A stretch of 48,786 bases of DNA, taken from the NCBI RefSeq assembly GCF_006345805.1, contig NW_021835064.1, positions 1 through 48,786 on the forward strand, read 5' to 3'. The stretch is from Octopus sinensis. Lineage: Eukaryota. The position numbers and the translations under genes were made by a program. Of this stretch, positions 35,497 to 48,235 are shown piece by piece. Each line of letters starts with the position of its first letter. The stretch's first letter is position 1. Below the pieces are notes generated by a model. It searched no databases. It worked only from the letters and a program-made list of their open reading frames with translations, and was not told the origin of the DNA.

Positions 35497-35597
35497 GTTC
35501 AGTCACTGCTTGGAATCGAATTCGGAATCTTGGGGTTAGTAGCTTGCGCTCTTAACCACTACGCCATATGCCCGTAGGCTCTTAAATATAGAACTGT
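35295..35597 (-). mobile_element. SINE family D, second copy, inverted composite with 14-bp TSD
   Basis: Minus copy 35296-35578 plus the plus-strand 3'-terminal CTCTTAAATATAGAACTGT; TSD ATTATTTTTGTATT at 35281-35294 and 35598-35611. Confidence 0.8.
35349..35394 (-). ncRNA. Minimal PLE-type type I hammerhead in SINE family D
   Basis: GACAC-CUGAUGA-A-GGCUG-GAGGGUAUAU-CAGCC-GAA-ACGU-U^-GUGUU. Stem I GACAC/GUGUU, stem II GGCUG/CAGCC, palindromic ACGU stem III (dimer type). Confidence 0.65.
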
Positions 35598-35704
35598 ATT
35601 ATTTTTGTATTGTTTTGTATTTTTATATTATCTTGCAAAAATTGTTTCACCATTAGAATTGCATCATCAAGCGAAACATTTTTACTAAAATAAAAATGAT
35701 AAAA

Positions 35705-36050
35705 AGGAAGAGACAGAGAGGGAGGGAGGGAGAGAGAGAAAGATACGGAGAGAGAGATAGCGAAACAAACAGAAAGGAAGAGGGGAAAGAAAGAAAGAAA
35801 GAAGGAAAGAAAGAAAGAAAAAAGAAAAAAGAAAGGAAGGAAGGAAAGGAGGAAGGAAAGAAGGGAAGAAGGAAGGAAGGAAGAAAGGAAAGAAGGAAGG
35901 AAAGAAGGAAGGAAGGAAAGAAGGAAGGAAGGAAGAAAAGAAGGAAAGAAGGAAAGAAAGAAAGAAGGAAAGAAAGAAAGAAGGAAAAAAAGACAGGGCG
36001 AGTGGTAGAAGAAAGAAAGGAAGGAAGAGAGATAGAGAGAGAAAGAGGGA
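35705..36050 (+). repeat. Homopurine (GGAA/GAAA)n tract
   Basis: About 340 nt almost entirely purine on the plus strand. Confidence 0.95.
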
Positions 36051-36624
36051 GCTGTGTCAAAACAAGGGGGCTTCAATGGTGTCTTCCGACCTGATAGGTA
36101 TAACAATCACTTCACTCTCAAATCGCAATGTTATTTTGAAGAAAGGAAAAGGTTCACTAGATATATGTTAACTTTATTCTGGGACGACACACTATATCGG
36201 AAAGAAACGAGGTAGGGTAACTGTGCGAAAATGCTTTTGATGATACGCTTGTTCGTTTAGGGGTGACCTTAAACAAAAAGAATGACACCAGCAACAAACA
36301 AAATCGTATCAAAATGTTTCTAAACGCCCCAGTTACCCCTATTTTTTTTTCATTTTTCACATTTAATCTTTACTAAAACAAATTTTTGCTCTGTTAACTT
36401 TTTTCTAAATCATTTATCACTCAATTATGCAGTCTATTTAAATTATAGATACTCTTTAAATCCAAACTCTGTCTGCCACCAAAAAGGCGGTGAAATGGAG
36501 GAATCTTTGGAGCGTAAAACAGAATATATATTTCTTTACTATCCACAACGGGCTACACACAGAGGGGACAAACAAGGACAGACAAAGGGATTAAGGCGAT
36601 TACATCGACCCCAGTGCGCAAATG

Positions 36625-37051
36625 GGACCTTTCCGGTTTCAACGGCAGTTTTTTCTAGCGGTGTCATATGAAATTGTCACCCATAATTATGAGCCTAGTA
36701 TCGATCTATTGCATTTCAATCTGTTTTAGGGTTAGGGTTAGTTAGGGTTAGGGGCGGGGGGTATCTTTTTTTCATCACAAATGTAAATAAATCCAATCTG
36801 TTTCTTAAACGAGGGACACATTCATACGGCACAATGTTTTTTTTTTTACCTCAATAGACGTCATTGATTGGTTGAAATTGCCGAAATTGAAGAAAAAAAC
36901 CCAACAAATATCTTACAAACTATAGAATTTTCTCAATAAAGCCAAGAGAAAAATATGTTTTATAAACGCATTCTACCAGTATACGAAGTTTAAAAGTAAT
37001 TAGTTACGTGGAAATTCTTTTAAAAAACTGCCGTTCAAACCGAAAAGATCC
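36625..37051. mobile_element. MITE family G, second copy, no matching TSD
   Basis: Homologous to 32169-32580; left flank is a truncated SINE B, right flank starts a duplicated segment. Confidence 0.85.
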
Positions 37052-37359
37052 TAAATCATTATTTATTATTCAATTATGTGGTCTATTTGAATTATAGATA
37101 CTCTTTAAATCAAACTCTGTTAGCCACCAAAAAGCGGTGAAATGGAGGAATCTTTGGAGCGTAAAACAGAATATCTTCAGTTATTTATTCGGATTCTTTA
37201 CGTTCTGAATTCGAATCTCGCCAAGTTCAGCTTTAACATTCGTCATTTTGGGGTCGATGAAAAGAATGTACCAATCAAGAGCAGTGGATTGGCGGAGCTA
37301 TTCGCAGGGCAAGTGGAGATGCCCTGCGATTTCTGTTCAGCATATATATGTTTTGACAA

Positions 37360-37588
37360 GGCGGCAAGCTGGCAGAAACGTTAGCATGCCGGGCGAAATG
37401 CTTAGCAGTATTTCGTCTACCGCTACGTTCTGAGTTCAAATTCTGCCGAGGTCGACTTTGCCTTTCATCCTTTCGGGGTCGATTAAATAACTACCAGTTA
37501 CGCACTGGGATCGATATAATCGACTTAATCCGTTTGTCTGTCCTTGTTTGTCCTCTCTGTGTTTAGCTCCTTGTGGGTAGTAAAGAAA
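37360..37588 (+). mobile_element. SINE family B monomer
   Basis: Homology; flanks share TATATATG..TTTTGACA. Confidence 0.85.
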
Positions 37589-38025
37589 TGTATATATATG
37601 TGTTTTGACAGCAACGCCAGCACCTGGGATAACGCCAAGTTGTATAAGCCATAAAAGCGGTGGCCCTTTGCGTGAAAAGACACCTCCGACGTGAGGAGAC
37701 AAGACTTACTTGCAAAGACAACTGCCAGTTTTACACACACATATACACATACACATTACCCAGGCTTGAAAATGCAAATGTATTCAACCCTAATTATTTA
37801 CAAATTCTAATTCATAGATTATTGTTGCTGTTGTTGTTTTACACCAGAGCAAGCCTATTACGAAAAGAGTGGCGTATTCCGAGTGAGAGTGACCACATAA
37901 TTTATTCCCATGAAAAGACAGATAATCGGTCCTTTCTTTACTTGTTGGTGTTTTCCATTAGTAAATCTTTGTAAATTCGTTTTATTTTCCCTCAGTTAAT
38001 TTCTCGTCTCGTCAGGATATTTTAT

Positions 38026-38440
38026 GGATCTTTTCGGTTTGAACGGCAGTTTTTTCTAACGGTGTCATATGAAATTGTCACCCATAATTATGACCCTAGT
38101 ATCGATCTATTGCATTTCAATCTGTTTTAGGGTTAGGGTTAGGGGTGGGGAGAAGGGTATCTTTTTTCTCGTCAGAAATGTAAATAAACCCAATCTGTTT
38201 CTTAAACGAGGGACATATTCATAAGGCACAGAATGCTTTTTACCTCAATGGACGTCATTGATTGGTCGAAATTGCAGAAATTGAAGAAAAAAACAATTAA
38301 TCTTACAAACTATAGAATTTTCTCAATAAAGCCAAGAGAAAAAGATGTTTTATAAACACATTCTACCAGTATACGAAGTTAAAAATTTTTTAGTTACCTA
38401 GAAATTATGTTAAAAACTGCCGGTCAAACCGAAAAGATCA
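38026..38440. mobile_element. MITE family G, third copy
   Basis: TIRs present; flanks TATTTTAT and TATTTTCT (7/8 match). Confidence 0.85.
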
Positions 38441-38574
38441 TATTTTCTTCTTTGTACTTTTTGCCATGTTTTTAGGATTCGTTTGTGTGTTTGTGCGTTA
38501 TTTCTTGGTGCGATGCAGTCTTTGTTTCGTGCAATGTTCGTATGTTAATGTTTGAGGTTCATTAACACTTTCCT

Positions 38575-38888
38575 TTTATTTACATTTGTTTGTTTCTTCT
38601 CGAGCTATGCCTGGTTCATAAGGGCCGGTTTCCCGGTTTCCTTGGCGTATAGGTTCCCCACCTGGACGGAATGCCGCTCCATCGCAGGTGAGCTGCAAAA
38701 TGCAGGAGGAAAGAGTGAAAGAAAGTAGGGGCGAAAGAGTCAGCAGAGGTTCGCCATTACCTTCTGCAGGAGCTGCGTGGATCTTAGGTGTTTCGCTCAT
38801 AAACACACACATCGCCCGGTCTGAGATTCGAACCCGCGATCCCTCGACCGCGAGTCCGCTGCTCTAACCACTAGGTCATGTGTCTCCA
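38575..38888 (-). mobile_element. tRNA-derived SINE family F, tail type 1
   Basis: Head TAGTGGTTAGAGCAGCGGACTCGCGGTCG...GGTTCGAATCTC with A/B boxes. Confidence 0.75.
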
Positions 38889-39011
38889 CTTATTTACATT
38901 TATGACTTCGTAATTTATGATGGATTTGTGAGTACGCGTTATTGATTTCAATTTGGATTTGGTTGTGCTTGTAGTGTTAATGTTATTTCTAGTGATGATG
39001 GTGGTAGTGGA

Positions 39012-39576
39012 GGCGACGATCTGGCAGAAACGTTAGGACGCCGGGCGAAATGCGTAGCCGTATTTTGTCTGCCGCTACGTTCTGAGTTCAAATTCCGCCG
39101 ATGTCGACTTTGCCTTTCATCCTTTCGGGGTCGATAAATTAAGTACCAGTTACGCACTGGGTCGATGTAATCAACTTAATCCGTTTGTCTGTCCTTGTTT
39201 GTTCCCTCTGTGTTTAGCCCCTTGTGGGTAGTAAAGAAATAGGTATTTCGTCTGCCGCTACGTTCTGAGTTCAAATTCGGCCGAAGTCGACTTTGCCTTT
39301 CATCCTTTCGGGGTCGATAAATTAACTACCAGTTACGCACTGGGGTCGATATAATCGACTTAATCCGTTTGTCTGTCCTTGTTTGTCCCTTCTGTGTTTA
39401 GCCCCTTGTGGGTAATAAAGAAATAGGTATTTCGTCTGCCGCTACGTTCTGAGTTCAAATTCCGCCGAGGTCGATATTGCCTTTCATCCTTTCGGGGTCG
39501 ATTAAATAAGTACCAGTTACGCACTGGGGTCGATGTAATCTCTGTGTTTAGCCCCTTGTGGGTAGTAAAGAAATAG
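39012..39576 (+). mobile_element. SINE family B, head plus three body units, 9-bp TSD
   Basis: Junctions at about 39241 and 39423; TSD TAGTGGAGG at 39005-13 and 39578-86. Confidence 0.9.
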
Positions 39577-39579
39577 TTA

Positions 39580-40380
39580 GTGGAGGAGTGTTGTAGTGAC
39601 GTTTTGCCCACCCCTCAAATCTTCCATCTTTCCGTCTGGACAGATTCGTTTTGTGCTTTTTCCTTTCAGTCTCCTTTCTTATGGGGACATTTTTCTATTT
39701 TTCGAAATCATCTTGCTTTCTTATATAACATGCCTGAATGATCTGATGGAGAAGCGTTTTGTTTTACGTTACACTGGGATTCGGAATTTTGCAACCGATT
39801 TTTGGTGATGCTCTTTCTGTTGTTTTTTGATAGCATATAACTGTGTACACTTGGGTGCTTTCCAGTTTATCTTTTTTTCTTCTTATTCGTGACTGTTATA
39901 TTTTGCTGTATTTTCCGCCAACTTCCATTTCTCTCAAATTCCCGTAACCTTTCTGCTTGTATTTTGTTGGCCTTCTTTGCTCCAGGATTTCTGCTCAGAA
40001 TTTCCTTGTTGCTTCAGCATCTGGCATATCATTCCCTTTGTACTCTTCTTCATTGTTCAGTTGTCTATAGAATTTTCCTTCGTTTTTCTTTCTTTCTTTT
40101 TTTTTTCCAGAGTCTATGTCCTAAAACTAATTTGATCTCAGTTGATATCTGTTTCTTTTATCCAACCCTGCTTTGATTTCTTTTCTCTTAGTTTCTCTTT
40201 AACTGCTGGCAATCATTTGTGTCTTGCGTTGTACTTCCTTTGCTGTTCGTTCTAGCGTCTTTCCTTCACCTGCTTCTTTTATATCATTGCTTGTATCAGT
40301 CTCACCACAAGATGAAGGTCTCAGGAACACTTGAGGCGTGTCTGTCTTATCTTGTCACATACAATTGTCTTTAATAGCAA
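39580..40380 (-). pseudogene. Degenerate R4/Dong-like LINE fragment (region upstream of RT)
   Basis: Minus-strand KFYRQLN..E...MPDAEATRKF and NWKAP motifs (39853-39868) recall R4/Dong ORFs; heavily interrupted. Confidence 0.45.
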
Positions 40381-40569
40381 TAAATAATACTTCATTTTTT
40401 TTCCGGGTTTCGCAAATACAAAATATATACACATATATTGGGCGAACCGGTAGCCAAGTCCACAAGACTGTTCACAAATGTTCACTTGGGTGAGCCAAAA
40501 TTACTGTCTTCGTTCCCGCTTAGCAGAAGAGCTTCTCTATATGTAGGGTTTTCCCTGGGAGAAGGTTGG

Positions 40570-40720
40570 TGACGTCCACTTGGTAGGGTTGCTGATTCAA
40601 AACGACAGATTTAGCGGGAACGCTTTCAGTTTGCAGTTCTCTGCGCATGCGCAAGAAGGAACTTCCGTCGGCCTACCGGAAAAAATCCAACTCTGCGCAT
40701 GCGCGCTGAAAACTTCCAAA
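40570..40720. promoter_or_regulatory. Candidate promoter-like motif cluster (two NRF1-like palindromes, ETS-like, CRE-like)
   Basis: TGCGCATGCGCA 40642-53, TGCGCATGCGC 40694-704, ACTTCCG 40661-67, CCGGAAA 40676-82, TGACGTC 40570-76 in a CpG-containing island. Confidence 0.35.
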
Positions 40721-42829
40721 AATAGCGTAACTACAATCTTTTCTTTGACATTTAATCCCAAGAGTTTGCGCAGCGACAACATTTATGCCACATATAACGT
40801 AGTTTTGACATGTTATGTTTCCGATGTAGATTTTCCTTAACCGTCCGTCCATCGTTTTCACTACTTCGTATAGTCTTCCTCTTTCGATTCGTCTTTCTTT
40901 TGCTTATTTCGTTCTTCATTCAGGTGAAGTAGTAAGCTCCTTTCTTTCTTCTGTAACAGTCTTTCCCTCCACAAAGTAAAATTACCTTCGCCAGGAGCTT
41001 TTTCTTCTGTGGAAATTTATTAATCCCTCTGATCATTCTTGTTCTTCTGCTTTATTTTGTTCTTTGTGTTCACCGTAGTCACGTTTACACTCTTTCACTA
41101 TTGCGGAGATCTCCACCTGTTCAAAATGAGACAGCCACTGTCTTTTCATGATTAATTTTTTTTTTTATCTAAAACTCTTTGCTCCGTGATAGGGAACATA
41201 TCTTTGTCCAGATTTCATGCATTCTTTTCCGGTATTCTATTTTGGTAGGCTTGCTTCTGTAACAGCATTCCGTTACAGTTCTTTTGTCAAAAGGTAAAAT
41301 TTATCACTACTTAAAAGTAAATGTTGCGTTAGAACACACACTATTGCAATGGTTACCATGCAAAAATCTGTCATATGGTTTTGTGGTGCATACGAGCATT
41401 CCTGTTCACACTGCTAGCGGATAACAATCATTGCCATCCCCGCTGCCAGGAGTACCAGATCACATGATTTTGGCCTTCTGTGAGCTTGTCAATGGTAGAT
41501 ACCTGTCTGCTGGAAATAGCAGCGATCGTCTCGCCAATAACATACATAGAATAACAGGGCCCAATGTAGTGGTATGTTTTGAGTGTGTGTGCGTGCGCGC
41601 GCACTTCTGAGTTCATCCATGTAAGATGTGGAGAAAAGGTGGAAGTGAGTGCTGAGTTTAAATTTCTCATTTTTGTGGTGAATTTCTTCTATATTGCTGC
41701 CACCGCAGTTGCTACAGAGAACAGGAACTCATAAAAAGAGATCTGTCCTTTCTATGCGTTCTAGCTTAACTTGGAGAAGAATCCTCAGTTTGGTCCTAGA
41801 GCAGTTCCCTCACTTCGACATTTTGAGATATAGCAAGGTCTCGCTCTTCTAGAACAATACATGCTAGAATCCACCAGATATTCAGCTCTGATGGGATACC
41901 CGATATTCTTAACTTCATTAGTCTCCTACCCAAATACGTGGAAGGCGAGCGGACTCTCCACTATGGGAGGGGTAACGGAATGCTGCAATGCAAGGGCTCC
42001 AGTCTTAAGCGAAACTTCGACATCTTAGAAACTATTTGCCTTTGATGTATACTGCCACATATTTAGAAGTGCCCTCTCCGACAGTGCTGTTTCCAGTCAC
42101 TGTTTCCAGGCGACAAATTTTTAAAGAAAATCATCGATATAATATGGTATGTTTAGCTGTTCTTGATAGATTTTTCAGACATTGGTACCAAACCAACTTT
42201 ACTCCTCTCAATTTTTCATAATCAAATGGCATCCAACAACCTGGACCGTTTATTGTCCACTGAAAGCTATAAAGCTCCTTATGGGAAAACCACTCCCGCA
42301 GAAAAGGTCTTTTCTAGAAGTGCCACTGTTGTCGGAGTTATTGCCTTTTATTCAACCGCTGCTACTACTTCTGTATCCACTGTCACGGCTCCCGTTCCTG
42401 TCGTCGAAGTTCTTGTTACTGTTGCTGATGTTATAGTTGTTGTTGCCGGGTATTTTTGATGTTGTTAACAGCTTTGGCCTTCGGGTCGAAAGCATCGCTG
42501 TCATTACTATTGCTCGTGTTGTAATTGTTCTTTGTAACAGTAGTTATTTTTTGTTGTTGTTACCGTTGCAGCTGCTGTGCCTCTCATATTTGTCAGTAAG
42601 ATTACATGAACCGGTTTCGACATCACTGCGACTAATGAAGACCTTAAGGCTGGATTTGGTGTAAAAGTATTTAAGATAATTTGGACTTGCGCTTTATTCC
42701 CATATCAATTTGAACATTTCTTTTAAAAGTGGGAGTCTTGCTATTTGTATCGTAAGTAAAATACACCATCACTCTTCCATTAAAAAAATTTACATAACAT
42801 ATCTACAAGGGCTCTTTCCTATCTATACC

Positions 42830-43060
42830 TACTTCTTTACTACCCACAAGGGGCTAAACACAGAGGGGACAAACAAGGACAGACAAACGGATTAAGTCGA
42901 TTACATCGACCCCAGTGCGTAACTGGTACTTAATTTTATCGACCCCGAAAGGATGAAAGGCAAAGTCGACCTCGGCGGAATTTGAACTCAGAACGTAACG
43001 GCAAACGAAATACGGCTACGCATTTCGCCCGGCGTGCTAACGTTTCTGCCAGTTCGTCTT
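42830..43060 (-). mobile_element. SINE family B monomer with 17-bp TSD
   Basis: TCTTTCCTATCTATACC at 42813-42829 and 43060-43076. Confidence 0.9.
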
Positions 43061-43457
43061 CTTTCCTATCTATACCGGCGTCAAGTAGGACAAGGAATAT
43101 CTATCCGTCAAGTAGGACAAGGAATAACCATCCACATTTGCTTTAATAAAGCACAAATAACTTAACCTTTCTATTTCACGCCCTTCTGTGATGGATTGGT
43201 AGGCACAGGTCTTTGTGAACGAAATGTTACAAAGCTGTAGTTCCTGCAGCAACATGTTGTAACCGTAATAAATTTAGTATTTATTTTTTAAAGTTTGCCT
43301 CATAAACGATTGCGGTTTGCCATTGTTCATCACGTTTTCTTTTGTCATATACATAGTTATATACTGTTGCAGTAGGTGTTAAACGAGTTGTCTTTTATAT
43401 TATGCATTTTCTTTTGTTGAACTGTCAATACTCTTTTCATTTTTATTCTTTCCTTTG

Positions 43458-43788
43458 TACTCTTTTATTAGTTTCAGTAATTTGACTGTGGCCATGCGGG
43501 AGCACCGCCTTTCGTCGAGCAAATCAACCCTATGACTTATTCTTTGCAAGCCTAGTACTTATTCTATCGTTCACTTTTGCCGAACCGCTAAGTTACGGGG
43601 ACGTAAACACAGACACATACATATACGACGGGCTTCTTTCAGTTTCCGTCTACCAAATCCACTCACAAGGCTTTGGTCAGCCTGAGGCTATAGTAGAAGA
43701 CACTTGCCCAAGGTGCCACGTCGTGGGACTGAACCCAGAACCATGTGGTTCGTAAACAAGCTACTTACCACACAGCCACTCTTGCGTC
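43458..43788 (-). mobile_element. SINE family A copy
   Basis: Homology to family A. Confidence 0.85.
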
Positions 43789-44399
43789 TATAGTATTTTC
43801 ATAAAATCTATTTTTTTATATATTTTTCTAGTTGAAAGCTGCTGTGCTTTTGTCTCATTGTAATTTTCATTGGAACAGATCTTAAAAAAAAAAGTTAAGA
43901 ATACATTTTTCTCTTCAAATTAGAATGTAAAATAGAGTGAAAATATAAAAAAAAAAAACCAACCATGTAAGAAGTTAAGACATTCCAAAATGTTCAATAG
44001 CAACAGCTCCTCTCAAAAATTAAGATTTGTTTTGTCAATTAAATTTGAAGAGGTTTTAAGAATTCGTAGAGTTACAATTTCTAAGCGTCTGAACAAGTTG
44101 ACAGAAAATGATAAACAATATTAACAAAGGAAAAAAAATAAACAAAAACGAAAGGAAGCTTTATATAAAGGTTTTATTGAACAGAATAAAAAGTTTCGTG
44201 TCCATTTGCTCTGAAGCAAAATAATAATAATAATAATAATAATGAAGCAACAATGCGTTAGATTTTAAGAAATATTACATAATGGAATTTTTCGTTGTTG
44301 TTCATGGTTTTAAAAGTTGCTCTGATATGAATATTTCTTAATATTGATTCATGTGACGATATGATAAAAATGTTATTATAATAATAATAATAATAATAA

Positions 44400-44589
44400 T
44401 CCTTTCTATTGGTAGCACAAGGCCTCAAATTTATGGGGAGGGGGCTAGACGATTACATCGACCCCGAAATAATAAAAGGTAAAGGCGACCATGACGGAAT
44501 TTTGAACTCAGAAAGTAGCGACGGGTGAAATACCACTAAGCATTTCGTCCATTGTGCTAGCGATTCTGCGAGATCGCCGCCTTAAAAGA

Positions 44590-44626
<37 letters not shown>

Positions 44627-44950
44627 TCTTATGGTAACAATGAAAATTATGTAATAGTAGTAAAATTATGATTGCAATACGGATATATGAAAGAGAATGA
44701 GGTTGTAGATGAAGGTAACAACAACTATCTTTAAAAAAAAACAACTTTTCTTTCAAAGATAGACATGAGGCACAAAAATGAGGGTTGGATACAGTCGATT
44801 AAATCGACCCCAGTATTTGACTTCCACTGTATTTTATCGAACCCAGAAGAATGAAAGACAAGGTTGACATTAGCGTTATTCGAACTTAGAATGTAAGCTA
44901 TCAGAAGAACTACAAGGTATTTCGTCTGATTCCCTTAACGATTCTGTTAA
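44400..44950 (-). mobile_element. Two old, degenerate SINE family B-like copies
   Basis: Residual CGATTACATCGACCCC and GAACTCAGAA motifs at 44400-44583 and 44760-44950. Confidence 0.5.
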
Positions 44951-45039
44951 TCCACAACCCATATCACCGTTATTATTATTATTATTATTATTACTACTAC
45001 TACTACCACCACCACTACTATTGCTGTTGCTGCTGTGTG

Positions 45040-45356
45040 TAGCGGTCTTCGTCCCAGAGTGTAGTGAGAGAAGTCCGAAACGTGGTCCTTTGCTATTCGT
45101 AAGACCCGCAGAAGAGAAAGCAGGTCAACCCCCGACACCGAAAGCATCGACGGGTGGACGAATGCGCAGCATCCAAGCTCAGCGCTTGCGTAAGAAGTCG
45201 GGGACAAGAAACAGGAAGAAAGAGTGAGAGTAAGTTGGGGCGAAAGAGTACAACAGGGGTCGCCACCACCCCCTGCCGGAGCCCGGTCTGGGAATCGAAA
45301 CCGCGATCCTCCGACCGCGAGTCCGCTGCCCTAACCATTGGGCCATTGCGCCTCCA
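45040..45356 (-). mobile_element. tRNA-derived SINE family F, tail type 2
   Basis: Head GGCGCAATGGCCCAATGGTTAGGGCAGCGGACTCGCGGTCGG...TTTCGATTCCCAG shared with the 38575-38888 copy; 3' half differs. Confidence 0.75.
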
Positions 45357-45414
45357 CTGCTGGTGCTGCTTCTACTAGTACTACTAGTATTAAATCTAAT
45401 GCTACAACTGTTGC

Positions 45415-45445
<31 letters not shown>

Positions 45446-46007
45446 TTTAAAATTTATTATAATAATGATAAATCTAAATGAACATGACAATCATGTTGCT
45501 GCTGATGATGATGATGACTATGATGATATTCAGATGTATTGAGTAAAATAAGTGCCAAAAACAAAATTCACAAAAATAATAAAGAATTACAATTTGCTAT
45601 TAAATATCAATTCAGTTGATTATGCGTATATATACCCTCATTAATTGGCAACTTATATTAGCAACAAATACATTTAAGATCGGGAGATAACAGTGATTGT
45701 TGTGTTAAATATACATATATTTAAAAAAAAATTTTGGATGAAAAAAAAAAAATGTCTTTGTACATTTATTCTCTACATTCAACGAAGTGTTGAATAATAT
45801 TTATGATTTCGTTATTTCCTTTCATTTTCATTGTATTTATTTACGTTCATATTATATAATTTGCATATCAGGACAATGTAAAATTATAAGAGATATGCTA
45901 ATTTGCGTGTGTGTGAATACATATGCATTTATATATACACAAACATACATCATATACTATACATATGTTAATGTGTGGATATATGTATGTACACATATAT
46001 ACATATA

Positions 46008-46219
46008 TATCTTTACTACCCATAAGGGGCTAAACATGGAGGGGACAAACACGGACAGATTACATCGACCCCAGTGCGTAACTAGTACTTAATTTATCGA
46101 CCCCGAAAGGATGAAAGGCAAAGTCGACCTCGGCGGAATTTGAACACAGAACGTAACGGCAGACGAAATACGGCTACGCATTTCGTCCGGCGTGCTAACG
46201 ATTCTGCCAGCTTGCCGCC
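46008..46219 (-). mobile_element. SINE family B monomer with internal deletion
   Basis: Homology to family B. Confidence 0.85.
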
Positions 46220-46247
46220 TTTGCACAGGATATATATATATGTGTAT

Positions 46248-46327
<80 letters not shown>

Positions 46328-47322
46328 AATATATATTTTTGAATGTATTAAGGCTCGGTTACAACTGCTAAACAATTTGAGAAATACAATTATGTATTTT
46401 TATTTTATTTAAAACCTATTTCAAAATAGTTAACAATATTATAATACGCTACAAATTTGTCTTAGCTATTTATTATACATTACTATATAAAGTTAGCAAC
46501 TTGAATGCATAAATTTACATATGCAAATTTAGTATTTTTACTACTCCATTATTTTTAAAAAAGAAAATAGTAATAATTAAAAAAAAGCATGTATAGAAAA
46601 CGATGAAGTTTCGGGTAGATAAGGCACCGCGGTCTCTGTTAATCAGAATTATGATCTGAGTTTTTAAAAAAATATCGCTGCCAGCATTTACGTTATTATA
46701 AGTTGCCTCTGTTCAATCTAGTTCAACGTCTCATAACTTTCTTGATGTCCACTCACCCCCTTTGATTTAAAGGTGGAGGGGGAGTAGCATGCACCTATTA
46801 TGAACGGACAAAGATAGGTATAGGCTTCAATTCTTTCAGACTTTGACACAAGGTCAGCAATTTTTAATATGCAAGCTGTTAATCATGAACAAAGATTCTA
46901 GTACTTGACATATTTTATTGACACCTCAAAAGGATGAAAGGCAAAAAGGCAGTCTCATGGGTATTTCAACTCAGAATGTAAGAAGTCAGGAGAAATACCA
47001 CTTACCATTTTGCCCGACATTAGCAAGTCATACAACAAAAATGGTTAGTGGTGTCTTCTCACCTTCTTAAAAAAGAAAAGTTTTTTTTAAAATTTTACTT
47101 TAAGTTACTTATGGCCCATTCTGAACTAATCCACATCTTACCTTGAGAAAATCTAATCGAGCAATAAGCTATATCTTTCATCCCTTTGTTACATTTGCAT
47201 TCACTTGGATCACCGACTTTAAAGAGACTTAAGTTTTAGCAACATTTTGGCAAATTTTTATATATTGGGGTTTGACATATATGGACACAAACTTGGCCAT
47301 ATTATACACATACATAATACTA

Positions 47323-47358
<36 letters not shown>

Positions 47359-47359
47359 G

Positions 47360-47393
<34 letters not shown>

Positions 47394-48235
47394 TATATAT
47401 ATACACACACACATACTATATACAACCATACATACTAAATATGAATATACATATACATACAGACTAATATATATATACATGCTTCCATACAATATATGTA
47501 TGTATATACATACATACTATATATACATAATATATATATAAGTATATCTATACATACTATATATAAGTATATATATATATATACATACTATATATATATA
47601 TGCATGCTATATATGTATATATACATACTATGTGTGTGTATATATATATGACTTTGGACGGGTATTTTACTTGATAAACATATTTTTTAATTATATATTT
47701 ATTTTATATTTATTCATTTTGGGCAATTCCACAATTCCATAAAATTCCTTTTTTTGTTTTTGTTTTCTGACAATGATTTAATAATTTTCCGAGAAATATT
47801 ACGCTAATTTCGTAAAAAAAAAAAAAAAAAAAAGGAAAGAAATTACATCAAGCTAGCTGACAAACAATGTATATTGCATACTTGCGACATAGCAGTATAG
47901 ACGTAAAAAAAAATTTTTTTTAATTAAAAACGGAAAATTTTTGTTCCATTCTGGTTCCTACCCTATAATACACTTTATGAGCGACGGAATGTTTGTTTAC
48001 ATTTCATTAAGATGTAATATAAAAGTGTCTATATGAATACAATATTCATTTTTCCATTGAGAAATATATCAAAGAAAATTCACAAATAATAATAATAATA
48101 ATAATAATCTGTGATAAATGTAAAAAAAAAAAAGATTAAGGCCTTTCGAAAAATATACAAACATGTAGTTTTAAGCTTTAATGGAATCGATAATTTATAA
48201 AGTGGTTTTTCAGTTCAAAATTCAATATTCTTTAA

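Noticed and set aside
41370-42700. Host exons among the 60-98-aa ORFs here
   Set aside because: No recognisable domains or coherent splice structure; more likely decayed TE or low-complexity sequence.
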